A stretch of 64,000 nt of DNA from an uncultured Burkholderiaceae bacterium (GCA_963926245.1 CAWUWI010000006.1:44261-108260); one strand, 5' to 3'; positions 40,413 through 53,884 are shown, numbered from the stretch's first letter. A program made the numbers and translations. The notes: generated by a model not told the origin, from the letters alone.

Positions 40413-42331
40413 TTAATTTGTCGCTGTTGTTTCTTGCAGCGCTTCAATCTGACCCATCGTCAATAGCCAGTCTTCTTCAAGAAGGGCTTTTTCTTGAACG
40501 AGTTGTCCGTGCTCTAAGAGCACTTTTTGACGCGCCTCGGTATCGGCGTCGGAATAAAAAGACTCATCAGCCAGTTGTATATCCAAGGCAGCCACTTGTT
40601 TACGGATGACCTCCAGACGCGTATCAATTGAGGTGATTTTCCTATCCAGTGGTTTTTTTGCATTGGCCAATTGCTGTCTTGCTTGCGCTTGTTCGCGGCG
40701 CTGTTGTTTTCTGTCAGCGGCTTGTTCGGCCCTCGCCGCAGGCGAAAGTGCTGCGCTGCCTGAGACCAGCTGACGATAGTCATCAAGATCGCCTTCAAAT
40801 TTCTGCACTGATCCATTGGAAACTAACCAAAATTGATCAACAGTGGTTCTTAGTAAGTGTCGATCGTGGGAGACCAGCAACAAGCTACCCTCGTACTCGG
40901 CAAGTGCGGTGGTCAGTGCTTCTCGGGTCTCAACATCCAAGTGGTTGCTTGGCTCATCGAGAACCAGTAAGTTTGGTTTGTGCCAAACCACCAGTGCCAA
41001 TGCCAGCCGGGCTTTTTCTCCACCCGAAAATGGCGCGATGATTTCATTGACACGGCTGCCAGTAAAACCGAATTGAGCCAAATAGTTGCGGTGTTGTTGC
41101 TCCCTGACGCCAGGGGAAATGCGAGCCAAATGCAACAGTGGAGTAGCGGTGGCATCAAGCACGTCCATTTGGTGCTGCGCGAAATAGCCGATTTTGAGAG
41201 TGTTGGCAGCCAGCCTGTCGCCGGCCATTGACTCGAGTTCACCAGCGATGAGTTTGATCAGTGTGGATTTACCCGCGCCATTGACGCCGAGCACACCAAT
41301 GCGGTCACCAGCCTCAACGCGTTGAGTCACTTTTGACAAAATGGTGTGCGGTTTACCGTTGACCGAATATCCCACGCTGGCGTCTTTTAACTGCACCAGC
41401 GTATCAGGGGTGTTATCCGGTTGAGGAATGCGAATATCAATGTTTGCTTCGGCTTGAAGTGGCGCAAGCGCCTGCATGCGTGCCATTGCTTTCACACGGC
41501 TTTGAGCTTGTTTCGCTTTTGATGCTTTGGCTTTAAAGCGATCAATAAACGATTGTAGACGAGCGGTTTCTTGGGTTTGTTTGTCCCAGGCCACTCGGGT
41601 TTGGCGCAAACGCTCAGCCCTCTGGTTGAGAAAGGAGTCATAGCCTCCCTTGTAACGCACCAGTTTGCGGTGGTCGACATGCAAGATAACCTGCGAGACC
41701 GCATCCAAAAACTCAGTATCGTGAGAAATGACGATCACCGAGCCCTCATAACTGGCCAACCACCGCTCTAGCCAAAGCATGGCATCAAGGTCTAAGTGGT
41801 TGGTTGGCTCGTCTAGAAGCAATAAATCTGAGGGCGCCATGAGGGCTTTGGCTAAGCTGATACGCATCTGCCAGCCGCCAGAAAACGAGCCCACTGGATG
41901 GTTCCATTGCTCAGCGCTAAAACCAAGTCCGGCCAGTAAAGACTCTGCTCTCGCATTCGCCTGCCATGCACCCGCCTCGTTTAAAGCCGCTTCGAGCTCA
42001 CCAATCAGCTCACCGCTGGCGGTTGACGTTTCGGCCAGCGCGCGTTGTGCTTGTAGTGCGCGTAAATGGCGATCGCCATCAATGACATGCTCACGCGCTG
42101 ACCGATCCATGTCGTCAACGTTTTGTTCGACCCAGGCCAAACGCCAACTGTCTGGGTAGCGAATGTCGCCACCATCAAGGTCGATGTGACCTTTGATGAC
42201 AGAAAAAAGTGTCGATTTCCCACTGCCATTACGTCCGACCAGACCCACTCGCTCACCTGGGTGCACAACAAACTCAGCCCCCTCAAAGAGAACGAGAGTC
42301 CCGCGCATGATATTTAGTTCACTGGCTCTAA

Positions 42332-42335
<4 letters not shown>
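40413..42335 (-). CDS. ABC-F family ATPase (YheS/Uup-like, ribosome-associated)
   Basis: 640 aa. Two ABC cassettes (GRNGSGKST, GVNGAGKST, two LSGG-type signatures) with an inter-domain linker, a C-terminal coiled-coil and no TM domain. GTG start aligned to the YheS N-terminus. Confidence 0.9.
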
Positions 42336-45206
<2,871 letters not shown>

Positions 45207-45293
45207 GGTTCAGTCGTTCCTTAGAAGTATCGTTCATTATTACGAATGATGGGCAGTGTAGCCAATAATGGGGATCTGGGGCGCAATCGCCCA

Positions 45294-46499
45294 TCAGCCT
45301 ACCGGGCGTTGATTGCTGACAAAGGCTGCAATTCGTTTGGCGCCCTCGACACATTGTTCGATTGGTGCAACCAATGCAATTCTTATGCGGTTGGTGCCAG
45401 GGTTTATGCCGCCAGCCTCGCGCGACACATAACTACCCGGCAGAACTTTTACGGCCTGTTGATCCAGCAGATCATGGGTAAATTTGGCGTCGTCAGAGGC
45501 GGTAGCGGCCCAAATGTAAAAAGAAGCATCAGGTCGCTTGACGTCAAGAACAGGGGCAAGAATGGGCAAAACGGCCTCAAACTTGTCGCGGTAGGCTTGG
45601 CGGTTTGCGATGACGTGGGTTTCATCCTGCCAAGCGGCCACGCTTGCGGCGGCAACAACGGGCGACATGGCACTACCGTGGTAGGTGCGATAGAGCAAGA
45701 ACTGCTTGATGAGATCGGCGTTACCCGCCACAAAGCCAGACCGTAGTCCCGGTAGGTTTGATCGTTTCGACAAGCTAGAAAAACTGACCAGTTTGTCAAA
45801 AGTCGAGCGCCCAAGCACTTGGGCGGCTTGCAATCCACCCATTGGCGGGTTACCTTCGTCGAGGTAGATTTCGCTGTAACACTCATCCGAAGCAATCACA
45901 AAGTCATATCGGTCAGCTAGCTCAAAAAGATAGCGCCAATCTTCAAGCCCCATGACACTGCCGGCAGGGTTGCCGGGGCTGCAAACAAACATTAGTTGGG
46001 TGTCTTGCCAAACACTTGGGGGGACACTACGCCAATCTGAGAGGAAGTTTTTCTCAGGTTGGCTGTTGACGTAATAAGGCCGCGCTCCTGCTAGGAGCGC
46101 GGCACCTTCGTAGATTTGGTAAAAAGGATTGGGGCAAACAACCCAGCCGCCTCGGCTGTCATCGATAACAACTTGCGCAAAAGCGAACAGCGCTTCGCGC
46201 GAGCCAAGCGCTGGTAAAACTTGCGTTTGGGGGTCGATAAAGGGCAGGCTGTACCGTTTTTGTAACCATTTGGCGATAGCTTGGCGCAAGCCATCGCTAC
46301 CTTTTGTTGGTGGGTAACCAGACAAGCCTGCGAGAGAATCTGTGATGGCTTGTTTTGCCAGCAAAGGGGCATCGTGTTTGGGCTCACCGATCGACAAATC
46401 AATAAAAGGAAGGCCAGTCGCCTCTGGTTTGGCGCTCGCAAGCAGCTCGCGAAGCTTTTCAAAAGGGTAGGGCTGGAGTAGGTTTAGGCGTCTGTTCAT
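45294..46499 (-). CDS. dapC: succinyldiaminopimelate transaminase (class I aminotransferase)
   Basis: The ATG at 46499 (MNRRLNLLQPYPFEKL) matches the betaproteobacterial DapC N-terminus. PLP-lysine region SLSKRSN.PG.RSG. Confidence 0.85.
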   Translation of the reverse strand: MNRRLNLLQPYPFEKLRELLASAKPEATGLPFIDLSIGEPKHDAPLLAKQAITDSLAGLSGYPPTKGSDGLRQAIAKWLQKRYSLPFIDPQTQVLPALGSREALFAFAQVVIDDSRGGWVVCPNPFYQIYEGAALLAGARPYYVNSQPEKNFLSDWRSVPPSVWQDTQLMFVCSPGNPAGSVMGLEDWRYLFELADRYDFVIASDECYSEIYLDEGNPPMGGLQAAQVLGRSTFDKLVSFSSLSKRSNLPGLRSGFVAGNADLIKQFLLYRTYHGSAMSPVVAAASVAAWQDETHVIANRQAYRDKFEAVLPILAPVLDVKRPDASFYIWAATASDDAKFTHDLLDQQAVKVLPGSYVSREAGGINPGTNRIRIALVAPIEQCVEGAKRIAAFVSNQRPVG

Positions 46500-46579
46500 G
46501 GGATGAATTTTAGCCTTAGCCAGACTGTTGTGGGGGTTCAATATATAGTTTGTGTGTGTGCGCTACAATCAGGATTAAT

Positions 46580-46666
46580 GCGAAGGTGGCGAAATTGGTA
46601 GACGCACCAGGTTTAGGTCCTGACGCCCTTACGGGTGTGCGGGTTCGAGTCCCGCCCTTCGCACCA
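46580..46666 (+). tRNA. tRNA-Leu (anticodon TAG), type II with long variable arm
   Basis: 87 nt. Acceptor GCGAAGG/CCTTCGC, anticodon loop TTTAGGT, variable arm TGACGCCCTTACGGGTGT, T-arm GCGGG-TTCGAGT-CCCGC, and an encoded CCA. Confidence 0.95.
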
Positions 46667-46733
46667 TTTTTTTACAACCCCCGGGGCTGGTGGATGTGCT
46701 TAGCCCCGACTTGATCGAGTTGGTGAACAATCT

Positions 46734-48056
46734 ATGCAACCCGTGGTTGAAACGCTAGAAGGCCTCGAGCGCCGAATCGAAATCTCTGTTGCCCTAGCTG
46801 ATGTTGAGCTAGCGGTGAAATCCGAGCTGAAGAAAGCGGCTCGCACCGCGAAGTCCCCCGGATTCAGACCAGGCAAAGTCCCTATGTCTATTCTTGAGCG
46901 TTCACACGCGCCTGGCATCCGATACGACGTGATCAATCAAAAGGTTGGTCAAGCCTTAGACGACTCCCTGCAACAATCGGGCTTGAAAGTCGCCGGTTCA
47001 CCATCACTGGAGCCAAAGCAAGATGGCGTGCCAGACGACACACTCGTTTTTTTCGCGACTTTTGAGGTTTACCCAGAAATCACAGTGCCAGATTTGAGTG
47101 CCATGACTGTCAAGCGTGCCAGTTGCGCTGTCACTGACGCTGAAGTTGAAAAGACGCTAACAGTTTTGCGCGAGCAACGCGCAGAATATGTTGCTGAAGA
47201 GGGCCGTTTGGCGGGCGAGAACGACCAAGTCAAAATTGATTTTGTTGGCAAGATCGACGATGTCGCTTTTGAAGGTGGTACGGCTGAAGACTTCGCTTTT
47301 GTGCTGGGCAAGGGTCGCATGTTGCCTGAGTTTGAAGCCGCCGTTAGTGGCTTAAAAGCCGGTGACGAGAAAACCTTCCCACTGTCTTTTCCTGCCGACT
47401 ATGGTGGGAAAGAGGTGGCTGGTAAAACGGCACAATTCACCATTAAAGTGAAAGAAGTTGAGCGTCCTGAGTTGCCGGCAGTTGACGAAGCCTTTGCAAA
47501 GTCGCTTGGCCAAGCTGAAGGCAGTGTTGAAAAGCTGACGACGGATATACGTCAAAACCTTGAGCGTGAAGTTCAGTCGCGCACGTCTTCGCGCACCAAG
47601 GCCAGTGTGATGGATGCACTTTTGGCTGCCGCTGGTTTTGAAGTGCCGAAGGCATTGGTTGCTACGGAGTCGGAAAGTCGTGTAGAGGCTGCTCGCGAGG
47701 AGTTAAAACAGCGCGGCTTGCCTAACGCAGAAACCATCCCAATCCCACCAGAAACCTTTGCTGATGAGGCAAAACGCCGCGTTAAGCTTGGTCTGATGAT
47801 TGGTGAGTTGATTCGCCAGGTTGGTCTTCAAGCCAAACCTGAGCAGGTCAGAGAGAAAATTGAGAAGTTCGCACAGAATTACGAACAACCTGCTCAAGTT
47901 GTGAGCTACTACTTGTCGGACCGTCAGCGCCGTGCCGAAATCGAGGCAATCGTTCTCGAGGACAATGTGGTTGATCATGTCTTGGCTAACGCAAAAGTCA
48001 CAGATGAGGCGGTTGTATTCGATGAGCTGATGGGTACTTCTGCACAAGCGGCTTAA
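46734..48056 (+). CDS. tig: trigger factor
   Basis: 440 aa. MQPVVETLEGLERR aligns with the Tig N-terminus. GFRPGKVP ribosome-binding signature and a central FKBP domain. Confidence 0.95.
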   Translation: MQPVVETLEGLERRIEISVALADVELAVKSELKKAARTAKSPGFRPGKVPMSILERSHAPGIRYDVINQKVGQALDDSLQQSGLKVAGSPSLEPKQDGVPDDTLVFFATFEVYPEITVPDLSAMTVKRASCAVTDAEVEKTLTVLREQRAEYVAEEGRLAGENDQVKIDFVGKIDDVAFEGGTAEDFAFVLGKGRMLPEFEAAVSGLKAGDEKTFPLSFPADYGGKEVAGKTAQFTIKVKEVERPELPAVDEAFAKSLGQAEGSVEKLTTDIRQNLEREVQSRTSSRTKASVMDALLAAAGFEVPKALVATESESRVEAAREELKQRGLPNAETIPIPPETFADEAKRRVKLGLMIGELIRQVGLQAKPEQVREKIEKFAQNYEQPAQVVSYYLSDRQRRAEIEAIVLEDNVVDHVLANAKVTDEAVVFDELMGTSAQAA

Positions 48057-48084
48057 CTGTCGCAGCACATTGAGGTAAGAGTAA

Positions 48085-48747
48085 ATGAATACGAGTGGAT
48101 TTACAGATTTCTATGCATCGATGCATGGCGGTGATTCAGTGACTCCGACGGGGCTTGGATATATTCCAATGGTCGTCGAGCAATCTGGCCGGGGTGAAAG
48201 GTCTTACGACATCTACTCTCGTTTGTTAAAAGAGCGCGTGATTTTTTTGGTTGGTCCTGTCAATGACCAGTCAGCTAACTTAATCGTGGCGCAAATGCTT
48301 TTTCTTGAGTCCGAAAATCCAGACAAAGATATTTCGCTCTACATCAACTCACCCGGCGGTTCTGTCTATGCGGGCATGGCGATGTACGACACGATTCGCT
48401 TCATTAAGCCTGATGTGTCGACCTTGTGTACTGGCATTGCAGCCAGCATGGGAGCGTTTTTGTTGGCAGCGGGTGCCAAAGGTAAGCGTTTCGCTTTGCC
48501 TAACTCAAGAATCATGATCCATCAGCCCTCAGGTGGTGCTCAGGGGCAGGCCACGGACATTCAAATCCAGGCTAAGGAAATCCTGAGTTTGCGCGAGCGC
48601 TTGAACCGGATTCTGTCAGAAAACACTGGGCGATCGGTTAGCCAAATCGAACTCGACACAGAGCGCGATAATTTTATGTCTTCTGAAGAAGCCGTGACCT
48701 ACGGCATCATTGACAAGATGTTGACCACTCGTGCCGATGCCGGCTGA
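48085..48747 (+). CDS. clpP: ATP-dependent Clp protease proteolytic subunit
   Basis: 220 aa. [22 protein letters not shown]. Catalytic Ser (GIAASMG), His (IMIHQP) and Asp regions are present. Confidence 0.95.
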   Translation: MNTSGFTDFYASMHGGDSVTPTGLGYIPMVVEQSGRGERSYDIYSRLLKERVIFLVGPVNDQSANLIVAQMLFLESENPDKDISLYINSPGGSVYAGMAMYDTIRFIKPDVSTLCTGIAASMGAFLLAAGAKGKRFALPNSRIMIHQPSGGAQGQATDIQIQAKEILSLRERLNRILSENTGRSVSQIELDTERDNFMSSEEAVTYGIIDKMLTTRADAG

Positions 48748-48764
48748 ACATTTACAAGACACCC

Positions 48765-50072
48765 ATGACAGAAAAAAACACACCGACGACTGCTAAGACT
48801 TTGCATTGTTCGTTTTGTAACAAGACACAAAACGAAGTCCGTAAACTTATCGCCGGGCCGTCTGTTTTTATCTGCGATGAATGCGTCGATCTTTGCAATG
48901 ACATCATTCGCGATGAAATCGAGTCAAGTACGCGTGATGCGATCAAAACAGAGTTGCCAACACCGTCCGAAATAAAAGCCTTTCTTGACCGTTACGTCAT
49001 TGGCCAAGACTCTCCCAAGCGTGTACTAGCGGTTGCTGTTTACAACCATTACAAACGATTGCGCCACGGAGCCGTTAAGGGCGATGATGTCGAGTTGAGC
49101 AAAAGTAATATTCTCTTGGTTGGACCAACTGGTTCGGGTAAGACATTACTGGCTCAGACGCTCGCGCGCCAACTCGACGTGCCTTTTGTGATGGCAGACG
49201 CCACCACCCTAACCGAGGCCGGTTACGTGGGTGAGGATGTCGAAAATATTATTCAAAAACTGCTTCAAAACTGTGCTTATGATGTTGAAAAAGCACAGCG
49301 GGCTATTGTTTACATTGACGAAATCGACAAGATTTCCCGCAAATCGGACAATCCATCGATCACGCGAGATGTTTCAGGCGAGGGCGTTCAGCAAGCTTTG
49401 CTAAAATTAATCGAGGGCACCGTTGCTTCGGTGCCACCGCAAGGCGGCCGAAAACATCCCAACCAAGATTTTGTTCAAGTCGACACCACGAACGTTTTGT
49501 TTATCGTCGGCGGAGCCTTTGATGGCTTAGAGAAAGTTATTCTTGATCGGACCGAGCGCAGCGGTATCGGTTTTGGGGCGTCAGTGGCTGCCAAGAGCGC
49601 AAAAAGTTCTGGTGAGACCTTTCTTTCGGTTGAACCAGAGGACTTGATTAAGTTTGGCCTTATTCCTGAGCTGGTTGGTCGCTTACCTGTGGTGGCAACG
49701 CTATCAGAGCTGGATGAAGAAACACTGGTTAAAGTGTTAACGGAGCCTGCTAACTCGCTGGTGAAACAGTTTCAAAAACTGTTTGAGATGGAGGGTGTTG
49801 AGCTCGAGATCCGTGAACAAGCCTTACACGCCATTGCACGAAAGGCGATACGCCGCAAAACCGGTGCCCGCGGTTTGCGCTCAATTCTTGAAGCATGTCT
49901 ACTGAACGTGATGTTTGACCTGCCTTCGCAAACCAATGTCACTCGAGTTGTGCTTGACGAAGCAGCGATTGAAGGTAATGGCGAGCCTTTGCTTGTTTTT
50001 GAGGAACAAAGCAAGTCACCTGCTGAGAGCAAATCCAGAAGCCCCAAAAAAGTTCGTGACGCCGCTGCCTGA
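48765..50072 (+). CDS. clpX: ATP-dependent Clp protease ATP-binding subunit ClpX
   Basis: 435 aa. N-terminal zinc finger (CSFC...CDEC), Walker A GPTGSGKT and the GYVGEDVEN pore loop. Confidence 0.95.
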   Translation: MTEKNTPTTAKTLHCSFCNKTQNEVRKLIAGPSVFICDECVDLCNDIIRDEIESSTRDAIKTELPTPSEIKAFLDRYVIGQDSPKRVLAVAVYNHYKRLRHGAVKGDDVELSKSNILLVGPTGSGKTLLAQTLARQLDVPFVMADATTLTEAGYVGEDVENIIQKLLQNCAYDVEKAQRAIVYIDEIDKISRKSDNPSITRDVSGEGVQQALLKLIEGTVASVPPQGGRKHPNQDFVQVDTTNVLFIVGGAFDGLEKVILDRTERSGIGFGASVAAKSAKSSGETFLSVEPEDLIKFGLIPELVGRLPVVATLSELDEETLVKVLTEPANSLVKQFQKLFEMEGVELEIREQALHAIARKAIRRKTGARGLRSILEACLLNVMFDLPSQTNVTRVVLDEAAIEGNGEPLLVFEEQSKSPAESKSRSPKKVRDAAA

Positions 50073-50073
50073 T

Positions 50074-50101
50074 CTTGATTTTTAAGCTATTGTCCCAATA
50101 T
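50074..50101 (+). promoter_or_regulatory. candidate sigma32 (RpoH) heat-shock promoter of lon
   Basis: CTTGATT-N13-CCCAATAT compared with the E. coli sigma32 consensus CTTGAAA-N13-15-CCCCATNT. It lies 70 nt upstream of the lon ATG. Confidence 0.4.
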
Positions 50102-50170
50102 CACTAACATCGTTAGAGAAAGCACCTCGGTCGTTTATGTCGAGGTGACATTTAAACAGGACAATCTCCT

Positions 50171-52639
50171 ATGTCTGGTCAAAACCTACTGCCCGCACAG
50201 CGATTAACGCTGCCTTTGCTGCCACTGCGCGACGTTGTCGTCTTTCCCCATATGGTGATCCCACTATTCGTGGGCCGGCCCCGTTCTATTCGTGCGCTAG
50301 AAGCTGCAATGGAAGGTGGCAAAAACATCATGCTGGCTGCTCAAAAATCGGCTAGTAAAGACGATCCAACACCTGAAGATGTGTATGAAATCGGTTGTCT
50401 GGCTACTATCCTACAGATGCTCAAGCTGCCTGACGGTACGGTCAAGGTACTGGTTGAGGGCACGCAGCGCGCGCGCGTTTTGTCGATTGAAGATGCCGAG
50501 AGCCATTTTTCTTCAGACGTTATGCCTGTGCTGCCTGATGAGGTCAGTGGCTCAGAAGTCGAGGCCTTGCGGCGTGCAATCGTGGGACATTTTGAGACCT
50601 ACGTCAAACTCAACAAGAAAATCCCTCCAGAAATTCTGACATCCTTGGCAGGCATCGACAATGCGAGCCGCTTGGCTGACACCATCGCTGCTCATTTGCC
50701 CTTGAAGTTAGAGCAAAAGCAGCAGATGTTAGAAGTCATGGATACGGCTCAGCGTTTGGAAAGTTTGTTGACGCAGCTCGAAACGGAAATAGACATTCTC
50801 CAAGTGGAGAAACGGATACGTGGTCGCGTTAAAAAACAAATGGAAAAGAGTCAGCGTGACTACTACCTTAATGAGCAAGTGAAGGCCATTCAAAAAGAAC
50901 TTGGCGAAGGCGAAGATGGCGCTGACATTGAGGAACTCGAAAAACGTATTGAAGCTGCACAGCTGCCAAAAGAAGCACGCAAGAAGGTTGATACGGAACT
51001 CAAAAAGCTCAAGCTAATGTCACCGATGTCGGCTGAAGCAACCGTGGTGCGTACCTACATCGACACTGTCATTGGATTGCCGTGGCGCAAGAAAAGTACT
51101 GTTAATTACTCAGTACCCCACGCAGAGTCCGTGCTTGATAACGATCACTACGGACTAGAAAAAGTCAAAGAGCGCATCGTTGAGTATCTTGCTGTTCAGC
51201 AACGAGTGGATAAGTTAAAAGCACCGATTTTGTGTTTGGTGGGCCCGCCCGGTGTGGGTAAGACCTCGCTTGGTCAGTCGTTAGCCAAGGCAACGAATCG
51301 CCAGTTCATTCGTATGGCATTAGGAGGCGTGCGTGATGAGGCCGAAATTCGTGGCCATCGCCGTACTTACATCGGCTCAATGCCAGGCAAGATCTTGCAA
51401 AACATGTCCAAGGTCAGCGTGAGAAATCCGCTATTTTTGCTCGATGAAATCGACAAGCTCGGCATGGATTTTCGGGGTGATCCAGCCTCAGCATTGCTTG
51501 AAGTGCTAGACCCAGAACAAAATCACACATTCCAAGATCATTACGTTGAAGTCGACTTTGATCTTTCGGATGTTATGTTTGTGGCGACAAGCAACACCTT
51601 AAATATTCCGCCTGCACTCTTGGATCGCATGGAGGTTATTCGACTGTCGGGTTACACAGAAGACGAAAAAATCCATATCGCCAAGGATCACTTGTTGCCC
51701 AAGTTGGTCAAGAACAATGGTTTGAAACCAGAGGAACTGACCGTTGAGGATAGCGCTCTTCAAGACATGGTTCGTTACTACACACGTGAAGCCGGTGTTC
51801 GTTCGCTAGAACGCGAAATTGGTAAGATTTGTCGCAAAGTGGTCAAGCAGCTCGTTGCACATGTGCCTGCCGGTAGTTCCAAAGCGGTTGCTCGAAAGGC
51901 TTCGAAGGCCATGGCAACAGCTGCCACAGTTGTTGTGAACAGCGACAATTTGTCTGACTACTTGGGTGTGCAGCGTTACACCTTCGGCATGGCTGAGAAA
52001 GAGAACCAAATCGGACAGGTTACTGGCCTAGCCTGGACAGAAGTGGGCGGCGACTTACTGACAATTGAAGTCGCTGACATGCCAGGCAAGGGCGTGATTC
52101 TTCGCACCGGTTCGCTTGGTGATGTGATGAAGGAATCTGTCGAGGCTGCACGCAGTGTGGTGAGAGCCCGAGCGCGACGGGTTGGAATCAGCGATGTGGT
52201 ATTTGAAAAGCGCGACATGCACGTTCACGTGCCTGAGGGTGCGACGCCCAAAGATGGGCCCTCAGCGGGTGTAGCGATCACCGTCGCTATCGTATCAGCA
52301 CTGACTCGGATCCCTGTGCGTGCGGATGTGGCGATGACCGGTGAGATCACGCTTCGTGGTGAGGTGTTGGCCATTGGCGGGCTGAAAGAGAAGCTATTGG
52401 CTGCCCGTCGAGGTGGCATCAAGACGGTGCTGATTCCTTCTGAGAACGTTAAGGATTTGGCCGAAATACCTGATAACGTGAAAAACCACTTAGAGATCAT
52501 TCCCATTAAATGGATTGATCAAGCCCTTGAAGTTGCCCTTGAGCGCATGCCTGAAGCTTTACCAGAAGAGATTGCCTCTGAGGCAGTTGTGAGCGGTGCT
52601 CAAGCCAAAGGTATTGTGGATCCTGTTATTAAGCACTAA
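50171..52639 (+). CDS. lon: ATP-dependent protease Lon
   Basis: 822 aa. LON N-domain (LPLLPLRDVVVFPHM), Walker A GPPGVGKTS and the protease Ser-Lys dyad region (PKDGPSAG). Confidence 0.95.
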   Translation: MSGQNLLPAQRLTLPLLPLRDVVVFPHMVIPLFVGRPRSIRALEAAMEGGKNIMLAAQKSASKDDPTPEDVYEIGCLATILQMLKLPDGTVKVLVEGTQRARVLSIEDAESHFSSDVMPVLPDEVSGSEVEALRRAIVGHFETYVKLNKKIPPEILTSLAGIDNASRLADTIAAHLPLKLEQKQQMLEVMDTAQRLESLLTQLETEIDILQVEKRIRGRVKKQMEKSQRDYYLNEQVKAIQKELGEGEDGADIEELEKRIEAAQLPKEARKKVDTELKKLKLMSPMSAEATVVRTYIDTVIGLPWRKKSTVNYSVPHAESVLDNDHYGLEKVKERIVEYLAVQQRVDKLKAPILCLVGPPGVGKTSLGQSLAKATNRQFIRMALGGVRDEAEIRGHRRTYIGSMPGKILQNMSKVSVRNPLFLLDEIDKLGMDFRGDPASALLEVLDPEQNHTFQDHYVEVDFDLSDVMFVATSNTLNIPPALLDRMEVIRLSGYTEDEKIHIAKDHLLPKLVKNNGLKPEELTVEDSALQDMVRYYTREAGVRSLEREIGKICRKVVKQLVAHVPAGSSKAVARKASKAMATAATVVVNSDNLSDYLGVQRYTFGMAEKENQIGQVTGLAWTEVGGDLLTIEVADMPGKGVILRTGSLGDVMKESVEAARSVVRARARRVGISDVVFEKRDMHVHVPEGATPKDGPSAGVAITVAIVSALTRIPVRADVAMTGEITLRGEVLAIGGLKEKLLAARRGGIKTVLIPSENVKDLAEIPDNVKNHLEIIPIKWIDQALEVALERMPEALPEEIASEAVVSGAQAKGIVDPVIKH

Positions 52640-52647
52640 AAGGCGAG

Positions 52648-53049
52648 GTGGCCTTGGAAGAGTCTGATCAGATCCTTCGCATAGACAAATGGCTATGGGC
52701 AGCGCGATTTTTTAAATCGCGCTCGCTCGCAGCAGAAGCCATCGAGTTGGGGCGTGTCCACATTAATAGCGAGCGGGTCAAGCCATCCCGACACGTCAAA
52801 CTTGATGAAAAGATTCAAGTTTACCGAGGTGCTGACCGTATTGAAGTTTTTGTACGAATGTTAAGCGGTGTTAGACGCTCAGCATCACTAGCGCAAGCCC
52901 TGTATGACGAAACGGTTGAAAGCCAAACGGCGAGACAAGTAGCGGCAGAAACTCGTCGGTTTTATTCTGAGCCAACCCGTAACCTCGCTGGACGCCCGAC
53001 CAAACGCAACCGTCGAGCCATAGAAAGGTTTTCAAAGGACGAGAGCTAG
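52648..53049 (+). CDS. hslR: S4-domain ribosome-associated heat-shock protein Hsp15
   Basis: 133 aa. RIDKWLWAARFFK.RS.A S4 motif. GTG start, 8 nt after the lon stop. Confidence 0.8.
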   Translation: MALEESDQILRIDKWLWAARFFKSRSLAAEAIELGRVHINSERVKPSRHVKLDEKIQVYRGADRIEVFVRMLSGVRRSASLAQALYDETVESQTARQVAAETRRFYSEPTRNLAGRPTKRNRRAIERFSKDES

Positions 53050-53057
53050 CCCTTCAA

Positions 53058-53720
53058 CTACTGTAGGGGTGTTGCTCGAATAAGGCCAACCACCAACCCT
53101 TCAATAGCGAAGTTATCTGTGTCTGAAATAACGATCGGTTTGAAATCTGGATTCTCTGGATCGAGTTGAATCCTGCCTTTTTGAACATTCAGGCGCTTAA
53201 CAGTGACTTCCTCCCCAATCCTAGCCACAACAATCTGTCCTGAGCGAGCCTCTTGCACTTTTTTAATGGCCAGAAGATCTGCATCCAAAATGCCAGCGTC
53301 ACGCATACTTAAGCCACGAACCTCTAGCAGGTAGTCAGGTTGCTTACTGAAAAGATTGGTGTCGACATTGAGTTCACGAGAGATGTTTTCTGCGGCAAGG
53401 ATGGGCGTGCCGGCAGCGACCCGACCAATTAGGGGCAGCGTTAGTGCAGAAATGGCTTTTTCTAGCATGCCGGTTGTTGTGGTTTTATCTGTCAACAAAT
53501 CGGCGGCTTGGGTCAAGCGGATGCCTCTGGATGCACCTGGTGTGAGGGTAATAAAGCCCTTTTTTTCCAAGGCGCGCAAGTGATCTTCAGCGGCGTTTGC
53601 GGATTTAAAGCCCAATGTCTGTGCGATCTCTGCGCGTGTCGGGGGGAAGCCTGTTTGGGCAATTGCCTCTTGAATCAGAGAAAGGATTTCAGACTGCCGA
53701 GCTGTCAGTTTGGTCGCCAT
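53058..53720 (-). CDS. lexA: LexA repressor
   Basis: The ATG at 53720 (M.TKLT.RQ.EIL..I) matches the family N-terminus. wHTH domain, AG cleavage site (VAAGTP), and the S24 peptidase Ser/Lys (GLSMRD, VTVKRL). Confidence 0.95.
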   Translation of the reverse strand: MATKLTARQSEILSLIQEAIAQTGFPPTRAEIAQTLGFKSANAAEDHLRALEKKGFITLTPGASRGIRLTQAADLLTDKTTTTGMLEKAISALTLPLIGRVAAGTPILAAENISRELNVDTNLFSKQPDYLLEVRGLSMRDAGILDADLLAIKKVQEARSGQIVVARIGEEVTVKRLNVQKGRIQLDPENPDFKPIVISDTDNFAIEGLVVGLIRATPLQ

Positions 53721-53733
53721 TAGGCACCCTATG

Positions 53734-53749
53734 CTGTATGTACATACAG
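53734..53749 (-). promoter_or_regulatory. SOS box (LexA operator) of lexA
   Basis: CTGTATGTACATACAG is a perfect CTGT-N8-ACAG and a perfect 16-bp palindrome, 14 nt upstream of the lexA ATG. Confidence 0.85.
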
Positions 53750-53750
53750 T

Positions 53751-53779
53751 ATTGTCACCCAAAGCCGTTAAAATAGCAA
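53751..53779 (-). promoter_or_regulatory. candidate sigma70 promoter of lexA (TTGCTA-N17-GACAAT)
   Basis: Read on the minus strand, the -10 abuts the SOS box, the usual geometry for LexA autorepression. Confidence 0.45.
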
Positions 53780-53814
53780 CTGACGGTCAATCATGGTTTG
53801 GTATTGCTGACTGT

Positions 53815-53858
53815 TTAACCACTGAGTCGAGGCACGGTGCCGACGACTCAGTGGTTAA
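53815..53858. repeat. 15-bp perfect inverted repeat between tyrB 3' end and the lexA promoter
   Basis: TTAACCACTGAGTCG ... CGACTCAGTGGTTAA with a 14-nt loop. No T-tract on either side. Confidence 0.6.
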
Positions 53859-53884
53859 GACTGATCAAACCACAAGTAAAAAGC

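Noticed and set aside
45246-45746. Long ORFs antisense to, or in alternative frames of, annotated genes (for example 45246..45746, 45449..45895, 9867..10301, 62610..63053, 62127..62537, 31670..32065, 40649..41041)
   Set aside because: They lie entirely within strongly supported genes (dapC, argF, hscA, ileS, ABC-F). Their translations are Arg/Ser/Pro/Cys-rich nonsense typical of shadow frames, and none has a ribosome-binding site or family resemblance.
46551-46560. (TG)5 microsatellite between dapC and tRNA-Leu
   Set aside because: It is too short to be a credible contingency locus, and it sits in a spacer with no clear promoter element.
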